Source: Candidatus Heimdallarchaeota archaeon
GTDB lineage: Archaea > Asgardarchaeota > Heimdallarchaeia > JABLTI01
DNA: 24,011 nucleotides
Reading direction: 5' to 3'
Assembly: GCA_030614005.1 (NCBI GenBank)
Contig: JAUWKS010000051.1
Span: 1 to 24,011 of the forward strand
The position numbers and the translations under genes were made by a program. Shown one piece after another: positions 15,831 to 24,011 of this stretch. Each line of letters begins with the position of its first letter. The first letter of the stretch is position 1. The notes beneath the pieces are model-generated. The model made no database searches, had not been told where the DNA came from, and worked only from the letters and a program-made list of their open reading frames with translations.

Positions 15831-17771
15831 TTGGAAAGGGAAAAAAAAGAAAAGGGGTGGGTTAAAATAAAAGTAAAATTCCAAGCAATTCTAATGATAC
15901 TAATTGTTTCACAAATTTCATGCAGTGGAGCTTGTTACTCATCATTTGATACAACAGAACAACCCAATTTTACTTTGGTGTTTAAGTCATCTAGTTGGGG
16001 ATTTAGAACAGATTATTGAAACTTACTCATACAACCACTAGCAAAAATTGGAATAAACGTTTATGTTAGTATACATGATTGGTATTGGGGATACTATGGT
16101 TTCCGAGATTACGATATTGTTTATGCTTCTTTCGCTGGTAATGGTGCTGATCCAGACTTTACCGGTGTATACAACGAAAATGGTTCTCTCAATATATTTG
16201 GTTACCACACCGATATGGACTACAATGAAACATTAGGTACAGGTATAAATGAATGGTATATGAAACAAGGCAATTTAATTATGCCTCCGGACAGTAATGC
16301 AAGAATTCAACACTATTGGGACTGGGAGAACTATCTTATGGATAAAATTTGTCCTATGTTACCAACTTTTGCACCAAATTTCTATGAAGCATATTGGGAT
16401 ACTCTGGAAGGATATAACATTTCTAAAGGCATTTTACAGTCTTGGGGTAATATGCATTGGGAATCTAGCCATCAGGGACAGCTAAATACAGATGAATTTG
16501 TTATTTCTGATTATCCATGGTCTGATTTGAATCCATTATTCCAAGATGACACCTCATCAAAGAAAATTAGTGATGCAATAATGGACTCGCTAATTTACTA
16601 TGACAATGATTTAAGCATCCATCCACACTTAGCAGAAAGTTATACGTTCATCAATGACACAACAATTGAAATCGTTTGTCGTGAAGGAATTAAATGGCAA
16701 TCAGATTATGAGGGCAATTTTACCAACGAATTTTTTGATGCAGAAGATATTTACTTCACACTCTACTCTTGGGCAACAGTCTCAAATGATGTAGCCAAAT
16801 ATGATTGGATAAAGAAGATGGAAATTGTCGATGAGATGACTATTAAACTCTACATTGATGGTGACCCATCAACTCAACAAAGTGATCCTTTTGCACCTGC
16901 TCTCACTTACTTAGCAACAAAAATTTTACCAGAACATTATTTGAACCAAACACAATTAGCAGATGGAGTTACTCCGGACATAACACATGCTTCATGGAAT
17001 ACATTTGCAACCCACTGTTTCGGAACTGGTCTATTCGAACTCGGTACCTTCACTGAAGGTGTTGAAACAGAATTAGATGTTTTCGATAGTTGCTGGTTGT
17101 TAGATGTTACTGTAGATAAAACCAACATGGACTTTGTTAACAGATTTGGCGACTTCTCTAACATAATGGATAAATTAAGAATAAAAATCCCCTCTAATGA
17201 TTTAATTCGGTTAAACCTTTTTACATCCGGAAGGTTAGATCACTACGATTTTAATGATCTTCATTCTTTCAATTATAATACCCAAGGAATAGAAGGAATT
17301 AGTTTTCAAAAAGAACTACGATATTACCTTGGATTCTTTGGATTTAATATGCGTCCAGTTAGACCGATTATCGGTAATCCCGAACCATGTGAGGATGATC
17401 CAACAATAACTAAAGGACTTGCTATTAGGAAAGCTATCTGTTACGTAACTAACCGTGAAGAAATAAACGATATAGTTCATGGAGGAGAATATTCAATTAT
17501 AAATTGCCCAATTTATGAGCGAATGGGTATCTGGTGTAATCCAAATATCATAAAATATGATCATGATTTTGAAATGGCTAAATATTACATGGAATTAGCT
17601 GGTTATGATATTCCCGATTATATCTACAATCTGCCTACAAATACACTTTGGATATATATTTTAGCAGGGATTTCCTATGGAATTGGAACTGGAGGAGTAA
17701 TTTTTGGTTTCATTTTCATTCGACGAAAAAAATCAAAGAAGCCAATTGATAACAATTTACAAACTATTTAA
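15831..17771 (+). pseudogene. Family-5 (Opp/Dpp-type) ABC substrate-binding protein, copy 1, interrupted by an in-frame TGA at 16017-16019
   Basis: ORF-track pieces 15831..16019 and 16215..17771 are in the same frame (offset 384). Reading through gives RTDY*NLLIQPLAKIGINV...GADPDFTGVYNENGSLNIFGYHTDM, collinear with RPDYGNLLKQQLARIGINV in the paralogs. C-terminal TM + RRKK. Confidence 0.85.
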
Positions 17772-17832
17772 TTAGATAATTTAACAATAAAACATGGAGA
17801 ATAAGAGTAAAAAAATAGGATTTGTGAAAAAT

Positions 17833-19728
17833 ATGGAGAGAATTAGATTTAAACAATTTATTGGACTATTAATAATAATGTTATTTGCAACGAATTCCAG
17901 TTTTCTTTTTGCTTCAGAAGGTGAAGCGATAGAGCCTTATTTTACTTTGGTTTTCAAAACAAATGGTGGTGGAGTTAGACCAGATTATGGTAACTTCCTC
18001 AAACAACATCTATCAAGAGTCGGAATAAATGTTGATATTATTGTGCAAGATTGGCCAACTTTTGTGAGTGAAATAACAGTCTACCATGATTTCGATATTT
18101 GTTATGTCGCTCTCTCAGGCAGTGGTGCAGATCCAGATTTTACTGGTGTATATAACGAAAATGGTTCTCTAAACTTGTTTGGATACCACACTGATATGGA
18201 CTATAACGAAACTCTTGGCACTGGTTTAAATGAATGGTATATGAAACAAGGCAACTTAATTATGCCTCCTGACAGTAATGCAAGAATTCAACATTACTGG
18301 ATTTGGGAACAATATTTAATGGATAAAATTTTACCCTGTCAACCAACATTCGCACAAAAAGAATACATTGCTTATTGGTCAAATTTAGAAGGTTGGAATA
18401 TAGAAGATGGTATGAAGCAATCATGGGGTAAAATGAACTTTACCGGCACACATGATGGTCAAATAGATCCAACAGAAATAGTTACAGCTAACGCAGCTTG
18501 GTCAAATCTCAACCCATTATTCCAAGATGATACCGTCTCAAATCAAATCAGTAATGCAGTAATGGATTCTCTAATTTATTACGATGAGGATTTAAGCGTC
18601 CATCCGCATTTAGCAGAGAGTTATACTTTTGTTAATGATACAACTGTTGAAATCGTTTGTCGTGAAGGAATAAAATGGCAGGAAGATCCAGATGGATTAT
18701 TCCCAGGAGAAGAATTTGATTCAGAAGACATTTTCTTCACACTATCCGCTTGGGCAACAGTCTCAGATGACACATCTAATTTTGATTGGATTAAGAAAAT
18801 AGAAATTGTTGATTCAACTACAATCAAACTTTACATTGATGGTGACCCATCAACAGAAGTAAATGATGCTTTCGCCCCCGTTATCACTTACTTTGCAAAA
18901 GAAATTCTCCCAGAACATTACTTGAATCAAACACAATTAGTAGATGGAGTTACTCCAGACATAACACATGCTTCTTGGAATACATTTACAACCCACTGTT
19001 TTGGAACTGGTTTATTCGAACTCGGTACCTTCACTGCAGGTGTTGAAACTGAATTAGATGTTTTCGATGACTGCTGGTGGTTAGATCCCGCTGTAGACAA
19101 ATCCAACATGGATTTTGTAGACAGATTTGGTAATTTTACAAGTGACTTAGACACCTGGAGAATCAGAATAATTCCAGACCAACAAACCGCTCTATTTGAA
19201 TTTAATGCCGGAAAGACTGATATCCAAGAAATTACTCAATTTCCGGAGACACGTGAAGATTATACTGAAAATCCAGACTTCGAAGTCCAAAATGAAACCA
19301 GATTCTATTTGGGATTCTTCGGTTATAACATGCGTCCTACCCGACCTGTTATTGGTAACCCAGCTCCTGCACCTGGAGATCCAACAATATCTGTTGGGTT
19401 AGCAGTCAGAAAAGCTATCTCTTACGCACTGGATAGAGTTGAAATCAATAATGTTATTCACAGAGGTGAATACACAATCACAGATCACCCAATCTACTTA
19501 AAATTGGGGATATGGTGTAATCCAAACATTATTCGATACAACCACGATCTCGACTTAGCACGAGAATATATGGAAATTGCAAGTGGACCCACATCAATAG
19601 TAACCACTACGTCATTAGAATCTATAATCGTAGGAATGAATTGGTTCTATTCTCTTAGTGGATTAATCATTTTTCTTGGAATTATAATTATAATCAGAAA
19701 AAAAGGTGAAAAATATGGTAAAAAATAG
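17833..19728 (+). CDS. Family-5 ABC substrate-binding protein, copy 2 (circularly permuted, C-terminal TM anchor)
   Basis: LNPLFQDD...DSLIYYD...HPHLAESY, EGIKWQ...FDSEDIFFT, GTGLFEL, VRKAISYALDR, YNHDLDLAREYM. Signal peptide and C-terminal TM + RKK. ATG 17833 (GTGAAAAATATG, as in copy 3) is preferred over 17794. Confidence 0.9.
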   Translation: MERIRFKQFIGLLIIMLFATNSSFLFASEGEAIEPYFTLVFKTNGGGVRPDYGNFLKQHLSRVGINVDIIVQDWPTFVSEITVYHDFDICYVALSGSGADPDFTGVYNENGSLNLFGYHTDMDYNETLGTGLNEWYMKQGNLIMPPDSNARIQHYWIWEQYLMDKILPCQPTFAQKEYIAYWSNLEGWNIEDGMKQSWGKMNFTGTHDGQIDPTEIVTANAAWSNLNPLFQDDTVSNQISNAVMDSLIYYDEDLSVHPHLAESYTFVNDTTVEIVCREGIKWQEDPDGLFPGEEFDSEDIFFTLSAWATVSDDTSNFDWIKKIEIVDSTTIKLYIDGDPSTEVNDAFAPVITYFAKEILPEHYLNQTQLVDGVTPDITHASWNTFTTHCFGTGLFELGTFTAGVETELDVFDDCWWLDPAVDKSNMDFVDRFGNFTSDLDTWRIRIIPDQQTALFEFNAGKTDIQEITQFPETREDYTENPDFEVQNETRFYLGFFGYNMRPTRPVIGNPAPAPGDPTISVGLAVRKAISYALDRVEINNVIHRGEYTITDHPIYLKLGIWCNPNIIRYNHDLDLAREYMEIASGPTSIVTTTSLESIIVGMNWFYSLSGLIIFLGIIIIIRKKGEKYGKK

Positions 19729-21583
19729 GTTAAAACAATTCATTGGTATATCAATAATAATTTTATTTACTACGAATTCCAGTTTCCTTTTTGCTTCAGA
19801 TGGAGAAGCAATAGAGCCTTATTTTACTTTGGTTTTCAAAACAAACGGTGGAGGAGTTAGACCAGACTATGGCAACCTCCTCAAACAACAACTCGCAAGA
19901 ATCGGAATAAACGTTGATGTTATTATTCAAGATTGGCCAACTTTTGTTGGTGAATTGATCGCTTACCGTGATTTCGATATTTGTTATGTCGGCCTCACTG
20001 GTGACGGTAGTGCAAACCCAGACTTTACTGGTGTCTACAATGTAAATGGTTCTCTAAACTTGTTTGGTTATGATACAAGTATGGATTACAATGAAACATT
20101 AGGTACAGGATTAAACGAATGGTACATGAAAGAGGGAAGACAAATACTTCCAGCTTACTCTCAAGAGAGACTTGAACATTATTGGGCTTGGCAACAACAT
20201 TTGATGGATAATCTTTTACCATGTTTACCCACTTTTGTGCCGAAAATCTATACTGCTTATTGGTCCAATTTAGAAGGATATAATATGTCTGATGGTCTTC
20301 TCCAATCATGGGGAAAAATGAGCTGGGATGGAAATCATTTAGGACAAACAAACACAAATGAAGTAGTAATTTCTGATGCCGCTTGGTCAGATTTAACTCC
20401 CTTTTATCAGGATGATACTTCATCTAGTTTTATTAGTGATGCTCTAATGGATACAATGATCTATTATGATACAGACATGACACCTTGGCCACATTTAGCA
20501 ACAAATTGGACACATATCACCGATACACAAGTGAGAGTTAAACTTAGGGAAGGAATAAAATGGCAACCAGATTATGAAGGTAATTTTACTAATGAATACT
20601 TTGATGCAGAAGATGTCTATTTCAGTTATACTTTATGCGATAGGATAGTTGGTTCACCCTGTGCCCCTTGGCTGGATCATATGGAAATAGTTGATGATCA
20701 TACAATTGATTTCTTTATAGATGGAAATGATTATGAACCTGGAGCACAACCTTCAACTCTTTATCTTGAAAGTTTTGAAAGAAAAATATTGCCCGAACAC
20801 TATCTCAATCAAACCCAATTTCCAGATGGATCTCCCGATATAACTCATGAATCTTGGAGGCTCTTTGCCACAAAAGCATTTGGAACAGGATTATTTTCGT
20901 TAACACACTTTGAGCAAGGTGAAGAAACTATACTTACAGTTAATCCTGAATGTTGGAGATTAAATACTTCAATAACTAGTGATCCTGCATTAGAATGGGA
21001 ACGAAGATTTGGTGATTTTGCTGGTGGACTTAACCAATTACGAATAAGAATTATTCCAAATCAGCAAACCGCTCTACTAGAATTTGAAGCCGGTAAAACA
21101 GATATCCAAGAAATTACTCAATTTTCAGAAACACGTAAAGAAATGATTGCTAGTCCAGACTTTGCTGTCCAAAATGATATCACATTCTATTTTGGTTTCT
21201 TTGGATATAACATGTGCCCAGTAAGACCAGTTATCGGCAACCCTGATGACGCTCCTGGCGATGCTTCAATGACTGTAGGTCTAGCTGTTAGAAAAGCAAT
21301 TAGCTATGCGATAGATTTAGAGGAAATGAATAACATCATTCATGGTGGAGAATATGCTATTACTTATCATCCAATATACATGAAACTGGGTATTTGGTGT
21401 AATCCAAATATCATAAAATATGAACACAATTTGTCTCAAGCAATAGAATACATGACTCTTGCGGGAGGTTATACCCCAACAAATTATACTTCAAAAACAG
21501 GAATAAATTGGATCTATTCCCTAAGTGGAATATTCATTTTACTTGGTATACAAATTATAATTAGAAAGAAGATCGGGAAATAG
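19715..21583 (+). CDS. Family-5 ABC substrate-binding protein, copy 3 (circularly permuted, C-terminal TM anchor)
   Basis: Same motif set as copy 2. GGTGA RBS, then ATG 19715 overlapping the end of copy 2 (translational coupling). C-terminal GINWIYSLSGIFILLGIQIIIRKK. Confidence 0.9.
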   Translation: MVKNRLKQFIGISIIILFTTNSSFLFASDGEAIEPYFTLVFKTNGGGVRPDYGNLLKQQLARIGINVDVIIQDWPTFVGELIAYRDFDICYVGLTGDGSANPDFTGVYNVNGSLNLFGYDTSMDYNETLGTGLNEWYMKEGRQILPAYSQERLEHYWAWQQHLMDNLLPCLPTFVPKIYTAYWSNLEGYNMSDGLLQSWGKMSWDGNHLGQTNTNEVVISDAAWSDLTPFYQDDTSSSFISDALMDTMIYYDTDMTPWPHLATNWTHITDTQVRVKLREGIKWQPDYEGNFTNEYFDAEDVYFSYTLCDRIVGSPCAPWLDHMEIVDDHTIDFFIDGNDYEPGAQPSTLYLESFERKILPEHYLNQTQFPDGSPDITHESWRLFATKAFGTGLFSLTHFEQGEETILTVNPECWRLNTSITSDPALEWERRFGDFAGGLNQLRIRIIPNQQTALLEFEAGKTDIQEITQFSETRKEMIASPDFAVQNDITFYFGFFGYNMCPVRPVIGNPDDAPGDASMTVGLAVRKAISYAIDLEEMNNIIHGGEYAITYHPIYMKLGIWCNPNIIKYEHNLSQAIEYMTLAGGYTPTNYTSKTGINWIYSLSGIFILLGIQIIIRKKIGK

Positions 21584-21592
21584 TATTCCTAA

Positions 21593-21607
21593 TTCTTTTA
21601 TTTTTTT
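21593..21607 (+). terminator. Oligo-T terminator after copy 3
   Basis: TTCTTTTATTTTTTT shortly after the TAG at 21583; archaeal-type U-rich termination signal. Confidence 0.45.
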
Positions 21608-21658
21608 GCGCGTGTTAAATTTCAGTCGAAATCCTTTAGTTTTTGGCATTAAAGAAAG

Positions 21659-21685
21659 TAATATAAACCATAGAGGTTTATATTA
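21659..21685. promoter_or_regulatory. Second copy of the palindromic operator/TATA upstream of peptide-binding gene 4
   Basis: TAATATAAACC-ATAGA-GGTTTATATTA (11-bp arms here). Downstream TATTATTATTTAAACAAC also resembles TATTACTATTTAGAACAAC after the first copy. Confidence 0.75.
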
Positions 21686-21759
21686 TTATTTAAACAACGA
21701 GCATTATAAAATATTTTAGAAGTTGATAAATATAGGAGAAAAAAGGAAAGGTGATAAAA

Positions 21760-23625
21760 ATGGCGAGGTTTAGATTAAAACAAATTGTTGGATTATCAAT
21801 AATAGTTTTATTTGCTATAAATTCTTGTTCTCTTTTTGTTTCAGAAAGTGAAGCAGTAGAACCTATTTTTACTTTGGTGTACAAAACAAATGATCAAGGA
21901 GTTAGACTAGATTATGGTAACTTCCTCAAACAACATTTAGCAAGAATTGGGATAAACGTTGAAATAATTGTTCTAGATTCCATATTATCTTTTACTTGTG
22001 AGTATCTTGGTGAACTTGATTACGATATAATTTATCTCTCTTTAAGTGGTGGTGCTGCAGATCCAGATTTTACTGGCATATATAATGAAAACGGTTCTTT
22101 GAATGTATTTGGTTATCGAACTGAAATGGACTACAATGAAACACTGGGAACTGGCGTAAATGAGTGGTACATGAGACAAGGCAGATTAATTATGCCTCCC
22201 GACAGCTCTGAAAGAGTTCAACATTACTGGGCATGGGAACAACATTTGATGGATGAAATTTGTCCTATGTTACCTACTTTCGCCCCGAAAGCCTACACTG
22301 CTTACTGGTCCAACTTAGAAGGATATGATATGCAAGAAGGTATAAAACAGTCATGGGGTAAAATGGAATTTTCAGGCCTCCATGATGGTCAAATTAAAAA
22401 CACAGAACTAGTAACAACTGACACAGCTAGGGGAGATTTTAACCCATTATTCCATAGTTATTCGTCATCAAAAACAATTAGTAAAGCAATATTGGACTCT
22501 CTTATATTTTATGATAGTGATTTAAGCGTTCATCCACACTTAGCTGAAAGCTATACATTCATCAATGACACAACTGTTGAAATCGTTTGTCGTGATGGAA
22601 TCAAATGGCAGGATGACCCAGATGGATTATTCTTAGATGAATATTTTGATGTTGAAGATGTTTACTTCACACTCTACTCATGGGCAAATCTCTCGAACGA
22701 CCAATATGGTTATGACTGGATAAAGAAGATGGAAATTATCGATGAAATGACTATGAGAATTTATATTGACGGTGACCCAAAAACACCAGAAAATGATCCC
22801 TTTGCACCTGCTCTCCCTCACTTAGCAACGAAAATTCTCCCAGAGCATTACTTGAACCAAACACAATTAATCGATGGAGTTACTCCAGATATCACAGATG
22901 CTTCTTGGGATACCTTTGAAACAAATTGTTTTGGAACAAGTTTATTCGAACTTGATACCTTCACTGAAGATGTTGAAACAGAATTAATCGTATTCAATGA
23001 CTGTTGGTGGTTAGATGATAATATAGACAAAACCAACATGGATTTTGTAAACAGATTCGGTGACTTTACTGGTGGATTAGATTCTTGGAGAATCAGAATT
23101 TTTCCAAATACACAAACTGCTTTATTAGAATTTGAAGCTGGTAGAACTGACCTCGAAGAAATTACCCCATTTTCAGCAAAACGTAAAAAATATGTTGCCA
23201 GCTCAGACTTTGATGTCCAAAACGACACCATGTTCTATTTGGGATTCTTCGGTTTCAACATGCATACCCGCCGACCTGTTATTGGCAATCCAAATCCAGC
23301 ACCTGGTGATCCCTCTATGTCTATTGGATTAGCAGTAAGAAAAGCTATTTCATATGCTCTTGACAGAGAGGAAATTAATAACGTTGTTCATGGAGGAGAA
23401 TACACAATTACAAATCATCCTATCTACTCAAAAATGGGAATATGGTGTAATCCTAATATTATTCAATATAATCATGATCTTGACAAAGCAAGAGAATTCT
23501 TGGCTATCGCAGGATATGAACTAGTCTTAATGGCTAGCATACTTATAGGATTGAATTGGATCTATACATTTAGTGGGATTTTTAGTTTTCTCGGGATTTT
23601 AATTATTGTCAGAAAGAAAAAATGA
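21760..23625 (+). CDS. Family-5 ABC substrate-binding protein, copy 4 (circularly permuted, C-terminal TM anchor)
   Basis: Same motif set. AGGTGA RBS at 21749-21754, ATG 21760. C-terminal GLNWIYTFSGIFSFLGILIIVRKKK, TGA. Confidence 0.9.
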   Translation: MARFRLKQIVGLSIIVLFAINSCSLFVSESEAVEPIFTLVYKTNDQGVRLDYGNFLKQHLARIGINVEIIVLDSILSFTCEYLGELDYDIIYLSLSGGAADPDFTGIYNENGSLNVFGYRTEMDYNETLGTGVNEWYMRQGRLIMPPDSSERVQHYWAWEQHLMDEICPMLPTFAPKAYTAYWSNLEGYDMQEGIKQSWGKMEFSGLHDGQIKNTELVTTDTARGDFNPLFHSYSSSKTISKAILDSLIFYDSDLSVHPHLAESYTFINDTTVEIVCRDGIKWQDDPDGLFLDEYFDVEDVYFTLYSWANLSNDQYGYDWIKKMEIIDEMTMRIYIDGDPKTPENDPFAPALPHLATKILPEHYLNQTQLIDGVTPDITDASWDTFETNCFGTSLFELDTFTEDVETELIVFNDCWWLDDNIDKTNMDFVNRFGDFTGGLDSWRIRIFPNTQTALLEFEAGRTDLEEITPFSAKRKKYVASSDFDVQNDTMFYLGFFGFNMHTRRPVIGNPNPAPGDPSMSIGLAVRKAISYALDREEINNVVHGGEYTITNHPIYSKMGIWCNPNIIQYNHDLDKAREFLAIAGYELVLMASILIGLNWIYTFSGIFSFLGILIIVRKKK

Positions 23626-23711
23626 TATTCAAGATAAATTATATATGAGTTGTACGTTAATTCAGCTCATATTTCTTCTTTTTTTCCAATAGAAAATTTC
23701 AATCTATTAGA

Positions 23712-24011
23712 TTATGATTCTTCTTTAATTTCAGAATTTTCAACAGATTTTGCTTTCTCAGTAGCTCTCCTAATCTTTCTTTTCCTTAGAACTAAAACCA
23801 ATACAGCTATACCAGAAATAGTAATAACACTGACAATTGAAGCCACAACGATAATAACTGTTCTTGATATAAAACGATCTAATTGGACAATCTCAAGATT
23901 TACTTCAATGGCTGAAAGATAGACTTTGTTTTCACTTACATCAAAACTTGTTAGAAATTCATCACAGCTGAAACTTCCTTCAAGATAAGGTGAGTTCCTA
24001 TCCTCAAAATT
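23712..24011 (-). CDS. 3' end of a membrane-anchored surface protein, possibly LVIVD-repeat (partial; not in the ORF track)
   Basis: Minus frame open from the window edge: NFEDRNSPYLEGSFSCDEFLTSFDVSENKVYLSAIEVNLEIVQLDRFISRTVIIVVASIVSVITISGIAVLVLVLRKRKIRR...KEES* (TAA 23714-23712). TM + RKRK. The segment before the TM resembles an LVIVD beta-propeller blade. Confidence 0.75.
   Translation of the reverse strand, partial: NFEDRNSPYLEGSFSCDEFLTSFDVSENKVYLSAIEVNLEIVQLDRFISRTVIIVVASIVSVITISGIAVLVLVLRKRKIRRATEKAKSVENSEIKEES

Noticed and set aside
16017-16019. UGA recoding (Gly as in genetic code 25, or selenocysteine)
   Set aside because: TGA is the evident terminator of three other genes here (3326, 8186, 23625). 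The position aligns to Gly, not Cys, and I saw no SECIS-like element. A point nonsense change or error is simpler.
16937-23231. Similar antisense ORFs recurring at 16937..17164, 18927..19154 and 22848..23231
   Set aside because: They sit at homologous positions in paralogous genes, so recurrence follows from the sense-strand conservation. No independent RBS or domain.
23650-23922. Plus-strand 90-aa ORF in the ORF track
   Set aside because: Shadow of the minus-strand frame 24011-23712, which has a clear TM helix + basic cluster and typical codon usage.
1-24011. CRISPR array, tRNA/rRNA, transposase or integrase
   Set aside because: No regularly spaced short repeats, no GC-rich structured RNA-like segment and no recombinase motifs. 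The long repeats are paralogous protein-coding sequence.

Overview
AT-rich window that looks like an Asgard archaeon (inference from Rag-type small GTPases fused to roadblock/longin domains, GGTGA/GGAG ribosome-binding sites and type-I membrane surface proteins; possibly Heimdallarchaeia). It has three parts. (1) 149-8929: a candidate signalling module of two convergent Rag/Gtr-like GTPases (one RagA-like, one partly RagC-like), a ~1,570-aa single-pass Ig-repeat surface protein whose cytoplasmic domain carries folliculin/SMCR8-type longin (uDENN) motifs including the arginine-finger 'ARG' motif, and a degenerate Rab/Ras-like GTPase. (2) 9203-14319: a hypothetical gene, an SPFH + NAD-kinase-like pair (NrtX/NrtY type), leucyl aminopeptidase, a hypothetical gene and a nitroreductase. 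(3) 14529-24011: a secreted TSP3-repeat protein with a caspase-like His/Cys pair, split by a frameshift in a C9 tract; four tandem family-5 peptide-binding proteins that are circularly permuted, C-terminally membrane-anchored and mosaic (the first has an in-frame TGA; the first and fourth share a perfect palindromic operator); and the 3' end of a membrane-anchored gene at the right edge. No rRNA, tRNA, CRISPR array or mobile element was seen. All homology calls come from motif recognition by eye, not from database searches.
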